From IMG/VR virus record IMGVR_UViG_3300037474_000073: DNA of 64,000 nucleotides. One strand, written 5' to 3'. The notes below the pieces were generated by a model. The model did not search any database and was not told the DNA's origin. It saw only the letters and a program-made list of their open reading frames with translations. A program made the position numbers and the translations under genes. Numbering within the stretch: position 1 is the stretch's first letter; each line of letters begins with the position of its first letter. The DNA is from a virus. Below, one piece after another: positions 7,634-16,616 of this stretch.

Positions 7634-8728
7634 TTATCTCCGGGCGACCGGCGTCGTATCGAACGGCGCGCACACGTCAGCGGTCTTCGCGGCCATCTGT
7701 GCGACCTGGGCGATCTGGAGCAGGTTCGTGTTTCCGGCGAGGTACGTCTCGACGTTCGTGAAGTACGGATCCGCCATCACGCACCAGCGGTTGGCGGGTC
7801 CGACCGCGACACCGGCGATCTCCGACGGCAGCCACGCGAGGCGCATGTAGACCAGGGCGTCAGTCGGGCGCGGCGGGGTGAAGGTCGGCGTGTGCATCAT
7901 GACGTAGGCGGCGTTCGAGGCGAGCTGCGGGGCGAGCTGATACATGCCCCACACCGAGTACGACGTGTGATCGGGATCGGTGTCGGCGGTGCGCAGTTCG
8001 GAGTACGGCCAGTCCCGTGTCGCCGGCCGGTACGCGTAGACCTCGCGCCGGGTCACGTCCTCGGCGAGCTGAGCGATGCCCGCGGTGCCGACGCCCGCGG
8101 CGTTCGCGTCGAGCAGGAACGCGGCGACCCCGGCGTTCGAGTTGTGCACGCAGGTGCCGGGCGCGCGGTCGCCGGTCGCGTTCGAGTAGGCGACGCAGGT
8201 GCCCTGCGCGGTGTTGATCTGCGGGAAGTTCTTCAGCATCACCACGATGGCCCGGAGCTCGGTGAACGAGACCACCCCGTGCTTGTAGCCCTCAAGGAAC
8301 GTCGCGCCGACGTGACCGGCGAGCGTCACCGAATAGGTCGTGGTGATCGGGTTGACCGTGCCGTCACCGAGCTGGTCGTATGCGCACGGCAGACCCCAGC
8401 CGCCGTCCGGGTTCTTCATCGACCGGATCTTGTTCAGGTACGCCGTCGTGGTCGGATCATCCCAGCCGCGCAGCCGGCCGGCAGCCTCGCCCGCCCAGGA
8501 ATAGGTCGACGCCCGCTGCGGTGCCGCGGTGACCGTGCCGCATGGCTGCGTGGAACCGGGGCCTCCGATCGCAGTGTGATCGACGGCCTCGAACGTGGCG
8601 AGGGCCTGGACGGCGATGGCTCGCCAGCGCTCGGAACGGGTCGGTACCGGGTCGGCGGACGCTGACGGAGCGAACAAAAAAGCCGCAGTGATGACCGCGG
8701 CACACAGGATCGACATCTGTCGTCTCAT
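7634..8728 (-). CDS. secreted protein with Sec signal peptide, possible alpha/alpha-toroid fold
   Basis: Trimmed from track start 9217 (the upstream part is off-frame and R-rich). ATG overlaps the upstream stop (ATGA). Signal MRRQMSILCAAVITAAFLFAPSASA/DP. Contains NPDGGWGLP. Confidence 0.6.
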   Translation of the reverse strand: MRRQMSILCAAVITAAFLFAPSASADPVPTRSERWRAIAVQALATFEAVDHTAIGGPGSTQPCGTVTAAPQRASTYSWAGEAAGRLRGWDDPTTTAYLNKIRSMKNPDGGWGLPCAYDQLGDGTVNPITTTYSVTLAGHVGATFLEGYKHGVVSFTELRAIVVMLKNFPQINTAQGTCVAYSNATGDRAPGTCVHNSNAGVAAFLLDANAAGVGTAGIAQLAEDVTRREVYAYRPATRDWPYSELRTADTDPDHTSYSVWGMYQLAPQLASNAAYVMMHTPTFTPPRPTDALVYMRLAWLPSEIAGVAVGPANRWCVMADPYFTNVETYLAGNTNLLQIAQVAQMAAKTADVCAPFDTTPVARR

Positions 8729-9273
8729 AGCGGCAACACTATCAATGTGCGGTTCAAGGCGGTGAGCGCGCCGCCGGTGGGCGTCGTGTACTTCGCAGTG
8801 AAGGTGTTCGATCCAGCGGTGATGGTCGGCAGGTCGATGCCGAACGATCGGTGCACCGTGCCGGCCGTTTCGGACATCAGCCGGATCGCGTTGGCGATCG
8901 CCGCTGCCTGCGTCGTGGCGCCGGACACCGCGTAGGACATGTAGCCACCGCAGCCGACCGAGGCGTTCGACATGTAGGCGCCGTACATCACGATCGCCTT
9001 GGTGCCGGTGACCAGCGGCCCGACGACCGGTCCTACGGTGGCGAAGTCGGCGAACACGCCGGTCGACGGCGTGAACGACTCGTTGGTCGCGACGTTCGCG
9101 ATCGTCGGGGTCCGGGCGGCGATCGCGTTGGCGCCGGTGCTGATGAACATCTGGCCGGCGGTCGTCGCGAGCGCAGGCGCGGTCGTGAGCAGGTTGTCCC
9201 GCACGGACGCATTCCACTGCGCGGCGGTCAGCGGCGTGTTTGCTACCGCCGTGAGCGGCGTCGTCCAGGCCAT
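8725..9273 (-). CDS. minor tail protein
   Basis: 182 aa. N-terminus W..PLTAV.NTPLTAAQWNASVRDNL is typical of actinophage minor tail/fibre proteins. Position after the large minor tail gene. Confidence 0.55.
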   Translation of the reverse strand: MAWTTPLTAVANTPLTAAQWNASVRDNLLTTAPALATTAGQMFISTGANAIAARTPTIANVATNESFTPSTGVFADFATVGPVVGPLVTGTKAIVMYGAYMSNASVGCGGYMSYAVSGATTQAAAIANAIRLMSETAGTVHRSFGIDLPTITAGSNTFTAKYTTPTGGALTALNRTLIVLPL

Positions 9274-9274
9274 G

Positions 9275-9736
9275 TCAGCTTCCGATCTCGGGGACCCGGC
9301 GCTGCGGGTCGAACTGGCCGGCGAGCCGGTTGATGTATCCGCCGATGACGTAATCGCCCTGCCCGACGATGAGCGGACCGCCCTGCTCGAGCGCCTCGTC
9401 GGGCGGCATGATCCCGTGCAGGATGTTCTCCATGAGCAGCCCGTCGAGCGTCTCGCCCGGCTCCCAGTTGCGGGTCTTCTCGTCGGGGCGCATGGACAGG
9501 ATCGCCTCGATCGCAGCGGGGTCGGGCGGCCAGGCGATCGCCTCGGTGACCTGCCCGCAGTCCCAGCAGACCATCGACCAGTCGCCCCACTCGATCGAGT
9601 AGCGCACCATCGTGCCGTGCTCGTCGCACAGGTGTACGCCGACGACCAGCCCCGATGTGCAGTGCGCGCAGTCGACGATCCACCGCGACCAGTTCATCCG
9701 GGTCGCCCCGCCGTGACGCAGCACGATATCGCTCAC
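9275..9736 (-). CDS. Cys-rich (zinc-ribbon-like) protein in the tail gene block
   Basis: Trimmed to the GTG that overlaps the upstream stop (GTGA). Contains CAHC...C...CWDC. Confidence 0.5.
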   Translation of the reverse strand: MSDIVLRHGGATRMNWSRWIVDCAHCTSGLVVGVHLCDEHGTMVRYSIEWGDWSMVCWDCGQVTEAIAWPPDPAAIEAILSMRPDEKTRNWEPGETLDGLLMENILHGIMPPDEALEQGGPLIVGQGDYVIGGYINRLAGQFDPQRRVPEIGS

Positions 9737-11325
9737 GTCGCAAAACCCCCTTGATCGAACATCTGTGTCGCGACCGCGGTGTCCAGCGTGAACATCTGGG
9801 TCGGGTTGCTCAGCGCCCCGATGCCGAAGAACCCGTCGTTGAATCCCTTGCCGGCGACGTCGAAGGTGAAAACGTTCGACGGTTGTGCCGGGTCGACCAT
9901 CTGGCACCCGATGGTCAGCGTGTGGATCAGCCCGTTCTTGCGGATCAGGTGCGCGATGTTCTCGATCCAGAAATCGGCGCTGAGTCCCATCTCATCGTTG
10001 ATGATCGTGATCCGGTCGCTGATCCGGCGGGCGAGGATTCCGGTCAGGTGGGCAGCGTTGACGTTGGCGACCGAGAACGTGACCGCCGGCCGGGGTTGGG
10101 CGTAGACCGCGACGATGCGCTGGGCGATCGCCCGCGCGTCGTACTGGTTCGCCCACGGCGCCGTACCGTCCCACTTCTTGCGGGTGAACGTGAGCACGCT
10201 CGCCGAGTCCTCTTCGATGACCTGGATCGTCCGGGCGATCGGTAGCGGCGTGGCGAGCAGCTTGATCCCCTGGATGATCGCGCCGCCCGCGCCGGCCGTG
10301 ATGGTCAGGAAGCACGATGCTCCGGACGTGCGCGACAGCGTGATGGTCACGCTGCCGGTGACGAGCATGTACTCGCCGACCGCGGCGCCGTCCGTTCCGG
10401 TGAACGTGATCGGCGTCGGCACGAGAGCGTTGATGAACGGGTCGGAGCCCTGCACGACGTAGGTGCGCACCTCGTTCGCGCCGAGGTTGATCTGCTCGTC
10501 GGTGCTCCACACGACCTCGACGTCGGTCGGCTGCCGCTGGTTGACCGTGAGCGTGACGCTGTTGATGATGTTCTTCAGCCCGTAGTCGTAGTTGAACGAG
10601 TCCTTCAGGATCTTCATGTCGCCGGCGGCCACGACCCCGGCGGGCTTCCGCTGGGTGTAGAGCCCCTGGCTGGTCTGGCTTGCGGCGCGGGTCAGCCGGT
10701 GCAGCCGGTCGCGGAACACGAACGTTCCGCCGTCGACATAGGCGATGGCGGGTGGTCCCTCGCTGTTGACCAGGTTCGTGATCGCGGTCGCGGCGTCGTT
10801 GCCCTCCTCCCACCACCAGTCGACGGCGGTCGCACCGGCGTCGAGGTCACGCCCGCCGGTCCAGCCGATCGCGTCGAGGATGACGCCGATCAGGTAGCCC
10901 GTGCGCTGCCCCGAGTAGACAGGCGTCGACAGTTGCTCGCTGCCGGGCGTGCCCCATCCGTCGTTGGCCGAGATGGCAACGGGCTTGCTGGACGCGGTCG
11001 TGTCGAATCCGATGTCGCCGATCGGCCCGCTGAACAGCGTCCGGGTCGCAGCGGTCGCGGGGTCGGTCACGAGGTACTGCGCGAGCGTGCCCGGTAGCAC
11101 CTTGCCGTAGATCGGCGATGCGGTGTTCTCGGGGCTGAGCACGCGGTCGATGTTGAGTAGGACAAAATCCATCTTTCCGGTGCCCGCGTCAGAGGTCGCC
11201 CGCGGTTCGTTGCGCCCGAGCGTGATGGAGATGTCGCCGGTCAGCCGTTTGGTGACGTTCTCGTTGGTGTTGGCGAACGACCCGTTCCGCGACCAGTCGC
11301 AGTCCATCTCCCGGCCGGCGACCAT
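9733..11325 (-). CDS. minor tail protein (530 aa)
   Basis: Trimmed from track start 12150 (that extension is off-frame inside the tape measure gene). ATG overlaps the TMP stop (TGATG). Directly follows the tape measure gene. Confidence 0.7.
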   Translation of the reverse strand: MVAGREMDCDWSRNGSFANTNENVTKRLTGDISITLGRNEPRATSDAGTGKMDFVLLNIDRVLSPENTASPIYGKVLPGTLAQYLVTDPATAATRTLFSGPIGDIGFDTTASSKPVAISANDGWGTPGSEQLSTPVYSGQRTGYLIGVILDAIGWTGGRDLDAGATAVDWWWEEGNDAATAITNLVNSEGPPAIAYVDGGTFVFRDRLHRLTRAASQTSQGLYTQRKPAGVVAAGDMKILKDSFNYDYGLKNIINSVTLTVNQRQPTDVEVVWSTDEQINLGANEVRTYVVQGSDPFINALVPTPITFTGTDGAAVGEYMLVTGSVTITLSRTSGASCFLTITAGAGGAIIQGIKLLATPLPIARTIQVIEEDSASVLTFTRKKWDGTAPWANQYDARAIAQRIVAVYAQPRPAVTFSVANVNAAHLTGILARRISDRITIINDEMGLSADFWIENIAHLIRKNGLIHTLTIGCQMVDPAQPSNVFTFDVAGKGFNDGFFGIGALSNPTQMFTLDTAVATQMFDQGGFAT

Positions 11326-14300
11326 CAGGGGATCTTTCTGTCGTTCTTGAGCCGCTTGATGCTGGTCGCGAGCCACCGGTCCATCTCGGCCTGTGAGCCG
11401 ATCACGCCCTCGTTGTGCACATGGACGTGGAGGTCGCCACCACGCCCGCCCCGGCCGTCGTCGACGTATTCGGTGCGCCCGCTCATGTTGGCACCGAGCG
11501 TGCCTGACGGCCACGCCCCGCCGTTGTCGAACAGGCGTACGGGCCGACCGAACAGACCGCCCTGTGCGAGCTTCGCCGCGCCGACCTGGGCGAACCCGCC
11601 GACTCGGCGGGCGCCACCGCCGACGATGACACCGCGGGAACCGCGGGACTCGAACGGCAGGCTGCCGATCTGACCGGCCATGTGACCGACGGACGCCGAC
11701 GCGGGCGCCTGACCCGGATGCGACCAGCCCGCGATCAACGGACCGTTGCGCTTGCCGTTGGTGAAGTACGAGCCGGCCGACTCGGTGCTGAACGTGTGGC
11801 TGTAGGGGTTGCGCCCCTTGAGGATGTTGTACGCCGCCGACACGATGCCCGAGCAGTCGTAGCCTCCCGGTCCCGCCGACGCCCACACGTACGGCTTGCC
11901 GTTCTGCGCGTGAATGAATCGGGTCGCGTCGCCGACCTTGCCCTTGCCGCCTGCGCCGCCGGTGATGAACTTGACGGCGCCGTTCAGGAACCGCTTGCCC
12001 GCGCCGACCAGGAAGTCTTTCACGAGCCCAACGCCGGGGATGTGGTTGATCAGCGACTCGAACGGCTTCTTGATCGTGGCGATCGGGTCGCTGACCGCTG
12101 ACCAGACGTCCTTGACCCAGCCGACGAGCCCGCCGTCCTTGAACGCCCATCCCTCGCTGCCGTCGCCGGGGTAGTCGGTGAGCGGTCGCCCGATCCGGCT
12201 GCCGATCAGGTTCTTACCGCCCTTCATCCCGTCGTTGATCCAGCGCAGCAACGGCAGCGCGCGGGCGGTGTCCTGCCGGTTGACGATGAACTCGCCGCCC
12301 ATGAGCTTGACCGCGCCGACGCCGGGGATGGTCGCCGGTGCGAGCCGGTTGTCCTCGGTGCTGCCCGCGCCCGAGATCTTCCCGCCGGCCGCGTATCCCG
12401 CGATCTCGCCGCCCTTGGCGAAGCCTGGAATCAGGGCGACCCGGTCCTTGATGCCGACGACGCTCGCCGCCTTGTTGAGCCCGCCGATGAACGGGTTGAT
12501 CACGTGGTTGACCACGAATGCGACAGGGATCCGCGCGGCGTCCTGGACGCCCTGCCACGCCTTGCGGATCGCGGCGACGCCCGAGCGGAAGGCGTTCGGC
12601 AGGGTCTTGGTCACGAAGTCGGCGACCGCCGAGAACACCGGCCGGATCTTGCCGGTCCAGATCGCCGAGAACCCGGCGGCGAGGGCGTCCCAGACCACGC
12701 GTACTGCGGCGAACGTCGGGCGTACGCGGGCGTTGTACCAGGCTGAGATGTAGCCACCGATGGCCGTGAAGATCGCACCGAAGAACGCGCGCAGCGAGAC
12801 GAGCGACGCGACCACCGGACCGAGCACGTACGTGCGGAACAGCCCGAAGATCCTCAGCGCCACGCCCCACCAGAACTGGATCGCCGCCGTGATGCCCCGG
12901 AACGCGACCTCGAAACCGGCGCGCAGCGCGGCGATGATCGGCTGGAGCGTGAAAGCGATGATCTTATACAGCCCGACGAAGATCACTCGGACGGCGAGCC
13001 ACCAGATCTCGACGATCTTCTGGATCGCGCCGAACACCGGCTGGAACACGCCGTGCCACAGGAACAGCGCCGCGCCCTTGACGATGTTGAATTCGAGCAC
13101 GAGCGCCGAGATGACCCCGCGCACCGCGACGACCGCGACGCTGACCGCAGCCTGAATGCCGCGCCAGACCGGCTCGATCACGTTGTGCCAGAGGAACAGC
13201 GCGGCACCCTCGACGGCGTGATAACCCGCGAGCAGACCGGGCCAGACCGTCTTGGTGAAGAAGTCGATCGTCGCCGACACCGCGACCTTGATGCCGGTCC
13301 ACGCCCCCTGCACGATGTTGCGGAACGTCTCCGAGTGCCGGTAGGCGAGGATCACGCCGGCGACCAGCGCGGTCAGGGCGACGATGACCAGCCCGATCGG
13401 GTTGGCGATCAGCGTGGCGTTGAGCAACACCTGGGCGGCTGCCCAGCCCTTCGTGATGCCCGTGACGATGCGGATGCCCTGGATGTACTTGATGACGCCG
13501 CCGGCCGCCGTGACCGCGAGCATCAGCGAGTTGATCCGCAGCGCGATCGTCACGGCCGTGATCGCGAGTGCCCAGTCCCGGAACACGCCGAAGTTGTCGC
13601 GGATGAACCCGAACACCTGTGCGACGCGCGCAAAGAAGATCGGTAGCTGTGTGGCGAGGCTGTTCAGGAACGAGGTCAGTGGTCCTTTGGCGAGCGCGTA
13701 GATCGCGATGGCCTCGTTCTCGAACTGGCTCTTGACGTTGTCGATCGCGCCGCCGAGTCCTTTGTTCTTCGCCGCAGCGAAGTCGGCCGCCGCGCCTTGC
13801 TGCAGCACCGCCTTGCGTTGTGCGTCGTAGACCGGCAGTCCGCCCTTGAGTAGGGCGATGACCGAGCGGCTCGCGTCGGCGCCGAAGATCTGGGTGATCG
13901 CGAAGTCGCGTTCCTCGTCGCTCATGCCCTTCGTGCCGGCCGCCGTCAGCGCGATGATGTCGCGCAGCCCGCGCATCTTGCCGCTCGAGGTGAACGCGAT
14001 GTCGCCGAGGTCGCCCAGGTTCTTATTGTGCTTGGCGACCGCGGTCAGCGCCTCGGTCTGCACCTTCGTCGACCCGTGCAGAATCTCGTTCTGCTGTTTG
14101 AGCGAGACGTTCGCGCCGGCCGCCTTGAACGCGAGCAGCTCCATCTCGCCTTTGGCGTTCTTGGTCGGACCGGTGAGCTGCAGCAACATCTGCTTGAGCG
14201 AGGTACCGGCGTCGGAGCCCTTGATGCCGTTGTTGCCGAGCACGGCGATGGCGGTGTTGAGCTCGGTGATCGCTTCGGTCGAACCGACGGCGGGCGCCTG

Positions 14301-15065
14301 GAATCCGGAGAACACCGACGCCGCTTGCTGGAAGGCCAGCGACACGTCGGTGATCTCCACCGACGACGAGTTCGCGGCGGCCGCGAGCTGGTCGACGACC
14401 TTGGTCGTGTCGCTGGCCTTGATCCCGAACGCGTTCACCGCGTTGGCCGCGATCGTCGCTGCGTCCGCCTCGCTGATGCCCGCGACCCGAGCGAGCTGTA
14501 GCGTGCCCTGCGCGGCGTCCATGGCTTGCTGGACCGTGAACCCGGCCTTGGCGAGCTCGGTCATCGCCGCCGCCGCGCCGGCCGCCGAGACGCCGGGCAG
14601 CTTGACGTCGGCGCCGAGCGCGCGGGCCTTCGCCGCGACCGCGGTCATCTGGTCGCCGGTCGCCTTGCTCACGAACTTGAATATGTTGAGGTTGTCCTCG
14701 TAGGCGATGCCGATCTTCCCGATCGACGCCACCGCGGCGCCGAGACCGATCGGGACGAACACGCCCGCGGCAAGCTTCAGGTTGCTGCCGATGATGCTCT
14801 TGAGTCCGCTCGAGCCCTTACCGAACCCGGTCGCGAACTGACTGCCCGCGCCCTGCCCTGCCTTCGCGCCGGCGGCCGTTCCGTCGCTGACGAACTTGCC
14901 GTGAACGTCACGGAGCTTGCCGTTGATGTCGCGCTTGTAGCCCTTGCCGAACCCGTCGGCGGCGCCCTTGCCCGCCTCCTCTCCCGCCTGGTTACCGGCC
15001 TTGACGAAGTCCTGCCGGTTGACCTCGGGACGCAGACGCACGAAAGCGGAGGCGAGCGCCACCAT
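11325..15065 (-). CDS. tape measure protein (1246 aa) with C-terminal NlpC/P60-like motif
   Basis: Longest ORF, located after the chaperone genes. Central hydrophobic repeats (GAALFLWH.V..PV....IQ occurs twice). GKPYVWASAGPGGYDCSG ... VGHMAG near nt 11680-11900. Confidence 0.9.
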   Translation of the reverse strand: MVALASAFVRLRPEVNRQDFVKAGNQAGEEAGKGAADGFGKGYKRDINGKLRDVHGKFVSDGTAAGAKAGQGAGSQFATGFGKGSSGLKSIIGSNLKLAAGVFVPIGLGAAVASIGKIGIAYEDNLNIFKFVSKATGDQMTAVAAKARALGADVKLPGVSAAGAAAAMTELAKAGFTVQQAMDAAQGTLQLARVAGISEADAATIAANAVNAFGIKASDTTKVVDQLAAAANSSSVEITDVSLAFQQAASVFSGFQAPAVGSTEAITELNTAIAVLGNNGIKGSDAGTSLKQMLLQLTGPTKNAKGEMELLAFKAAGANVSLKQQNEILHGSTKVQTEALTAVAKHNKNLGDLGDIAFTSSGKMRGLRDIIALTAAGTKGMSDEERDFAITQIFGADASRSVIALLKGGLPVYDAQRKAVLQQGAAADFAAAKNKGLGGAIDNVKSQFENEAIAIYALAKGPLTSFLNSLATQLPIFFARVAQVFGFIRDNFGVFRDWALAITAVTIALRINSLMLAVTAAGGVIKYIQGIRIVTGITKGWAAAQVLLNATLIANPIGLVIVALTALVAGVILAYRHSETFRNIVQGAWTGIKVAVSATIDFFTKTVWPGLLAGYHAVEGAALFLWHNVIEPVWRGIQAAVSVAVVAVRGVISALVLEFNIVKGAALFLWHGVFQPVFGAIQKIVEIWWLAVRVIFVGLYKIIAFTLQPIIAALRAGFEVAFRGITAAIQFWWGVALRIFGLFRTYVLGPVVASLVSLRAFFGAIFTAIGGYISAWYNARVRPTFAAVRVVWDALAAGFSAIWTGKIRPVFSAVADFVTKTLPNAFRSGVAAIRKAWQGVQDAARIPVAFVVNHVINPFIGGLNKAASVVGIKDRVALIPGFAKGGEIAGYAAGGKISGAGSTEDNRLAPATIPGVGAVKLMGGEFIVNRQDTARALPLLRWINDGMKGGKNLIGSRIGRPLTDYPGDGSEGWAFKDGGLVGWVKDVWSAVSDPIATIKKPFESLINHIPGVGLVKDFLVGAGKRFLNGAVKFITGGAGGKGKVGDATRFIHAQNGKPYVWASAGPGGYDCSGIVSAAYNILKGRNPYSHTFSTESAGSYFTNGKRNGPLIAGWSHPGQAPASASVGHMAGQIGSLPFESRGSRGVIVGGGARRVGGFAQVGAAKLAQGGLFGRPVRLFDNGGAWPSGTLGANMSGRTEYVDDGRGGRGGDLHVHVHNEGVIGSQAEMDRWLATSIKRLKNDRKIP

Positions 15066-15068
15066 GGG

Positions 15069-15823
15069 TCACTCACCTCCGTTTTCGATGTCCACGAACT
15101 GACGCAGGGCACGGTTCGCAGCGAGGTTCTCGGCAGTCAGACCGTAGAGATCGTTGTCGAACTCGTCGCGCTGCTCGGAGTCCATCCCCTTGACCGCCTG
15201 GGCGTAGACCGCGTTCAGCACCGCCCGCGGGGGCATGGCGTCTATCGGTCCGCCCGACCGATATCCCCGACGGGGGTGAGCCCCGCCAACTGCGGGTGCC
15301 GCTGCATGGCCGGCGAGGATGAGGGTTCCCTCGAACTCGGCGAAATTTGCGGCGAGGAGGATGCAGAGGTTCCACGCCGCTTCCGAGGGCGCGCAGCGAT
15401 CACCCCCATCGCGTCGCGGATGAACCCCATCAGTTCCTCGCCGTCGGCCTTCTCGTCGATGGCGTGGCGCTCGAAGCGCTGCCAGTCCGACGGTCCGTCC
15501 CAGACCGGCTCACCGGCCTCGTCGAACTCCTCCTTGCCGTCGGCGTCGAGTTTCTGCACGCGGGTCTGATCCACGGTGTCGCGGATGACCGCGTACATCG
15601 CGGCCATACCCTCCATGTCGTCGGAGTCCAGCCCGCCTTTGCTCGCGTTGGCGAACGCCAGCAGCGGCATGAGCCCGATGTTCTCGGCGAGCCGGAACCG
15701 CTTGCCGAGGAACTCGATCGAGTTCGTGTCGTCGGCGACCGGTGCACCCTCGACGGCCGCCTGCACGTCCTGCGAGGTGACGTCGTCGGGCACGATGTGC
15801 GGGTATGCCATCGGCTCAGCCAC
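15069..15823 (-). CDS. tail assembly chaperone, putative -1 frameshift extension (G-T type)
   Basis: The -1 frame is open from about 15510 to TGA 15069-15071. It encodes a plausible protein (..EAAWNLCILLAANFAEFEGTLILAGH..AVLNAVYAQAVKGMDSEQRDEFDNDLYGLTAENLAANRALRQFVDIENGGE). No canonical XXXYYYZ heptamer found. Confidence 0.45.
15242..15823 (-). CDS. tail assembly chaperone (G-like)
   Basis: Lies between the major tail and tape measure genes. GTG start overlaps the major tail stop. Acidic protein whose last 45 aa or so turn S/P/R-rich. Confidence 0.7.
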   Translation of the reverse strand: MAEPMAYPHIVPDDVTSQDVQAAVEGAPVADDTNSIEFLGKRFRLAENIGLMPLLAFANASKGGLDSDDMEGMAAMYAVIRDTVDQTRVQKLDADGKEEFDEAGEPVWDGPSDWQRFERHAIDEKADGEELMGFIRDAMGVIAARPRKRRGTSASSSPQISPSSREPSSSPAMQRHPQLAGLTPVGDIGRADR

Positions 15824-16397
15824 GGGTGACCCCGGCGTTGGCGAAGTAGATGGGCTGCGAGCTCGCGTCCGGTTCGAACGTGAACGTCAGCGGGAGGGTC
15901 GCGTTGTCGGCGCCCTTCTTGCGCTGGATGCCGACTGAGCCGGTCTGGAAGCACTGCATCCCCCACCAGCGCTCGGTGCCGTCCACCGACTCCCATCCGA
16001 GCTGGCACCGGACCTCGGCGCCGATCGCCGGCAGGGTGTAGGTCGTGAGCAGCGTCGTGCCCGCGCCCGAGGTGGCCAGCGTGCCGCCGTTGAACGACCG
16101 CTTGATGTTGGTCATGTGCATCTGCATCAGCTCGAACTCGGCGGTGATGGTCCGGCCGGTCACGACGTTGAGCAGCGGGTCGACGTACTCGGCGGCCTCG
16201 ACGGCGTCGGTGTTGATGTCGAGGTTGAGCGTGTGGCCTTCCTTGGTCACGCCCCACAGGTTCCAGCCGACGGGCCAGGTGTCGGTGAAGACCGAGCCCA
16301 CGACCGTGTTGGCCGGTGCGGAGACGGCGAGGGCGGACTGGTAGAGGTATCCGGCGCCGAACGCGAGTGCGCCCTTGGGCACGGTAACAGCGGGCAT
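15816..16397 (-). CDS. major tail protein
   Basis: 193 aa, immediately upstream of the chaperone genes. Preceded by a 219-bp gap and a GAAGGAG RBS. Confidence 0.7.
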   Translation of the reverse strand: MPAVTVPKGALAFGAGYLYQSALAVSAPANTVVGSVFTDTWPVGWNLWGVTKEGHTLNLDINTDAVEAAEYVDPLLNVVTGRTITAEFELMQMHMTNIKRSFNGGTLATSGAGTTLLTTYTLPAIGAEVRCQLGWESVDGTERWWGMQCFQTGSVGIQRKKGADNATLPLTFTFEPDASSQPIYFANAGVTRG

Positions 16398-16447
16398 GGT
16401 GATGCTCCTTCGCTAAGGATCCTGGATCCGGGGGACAGCGATGGCCC

Positions 16448-16466
16448 GAACGCCCCTCGGGCGTTC
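16448..16466. other. short stem-loop upstream of the major tail gene
   Basis: GAACGCCC-ctc-GGGCGTTC. Confidence 0.35.
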
Positions 16467-16569
16467 AGGTGGTCTAATGGGATCGCCGGATGCGTGACGG
16501 GTCGTGCCCGCGCATGACCGGACGATCGGCGAACGTGGAGCCTGGTCACTCCAGGGCGTTGTGCCGCAG

Positions 16570-16611
16570 AAAGGGCTCGGCGCCGGAACGATCGCCGGTG
16601 CTGAGCCTTTT
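16570..16611 (-). terminator. imperfect 17-bp stem-loop just after the tail terminator gene
   Basis: AAAGGGCTCGGCGCCGG-8 nt-CCGGTGCTGAGCCTTTT. On the minus strand it has 3 A.C mismatches and is followed by TTTCTG. Confidence 0.4.
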
Positions 16612-16616
16612 CGCTA

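Noticed and set aside
7499-8665. 388-aa plus-strand ORF antisense to 7634-8728. Similar long antisense or alternative-frame ORFs: 22741-24150, 26874-28367, 29111-30235, 43565-44506, 45242-46750 and 49648-51540.
   Set aside because: All have R/G/D/P-dominated low-complexity translations. They lack RBS or coupling signals and lie opposite genes with recognisable domains.
11326-12150. N-terminal extension of the minor tail ORF in the track (9733-12150). Similar extensions apply to 8729-9217, 25332-25478, 26753-27364, 51019-51192 and 57935-58708.
   Set aside because: The extensions run inside the neighbouring gene in another frame and are Arg-rich. Internal starts that overlap the upstream stop by 1-4 nt give sensible proteins.
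15343-15348. CAAATTT as the slippery site for the tail chaperone frameshift
   Set aside because: In the 0 frame the codons are CAA_ATT_TCG. The heptamer is therefore out of phase for X_XXY_YYZ re-pairing.
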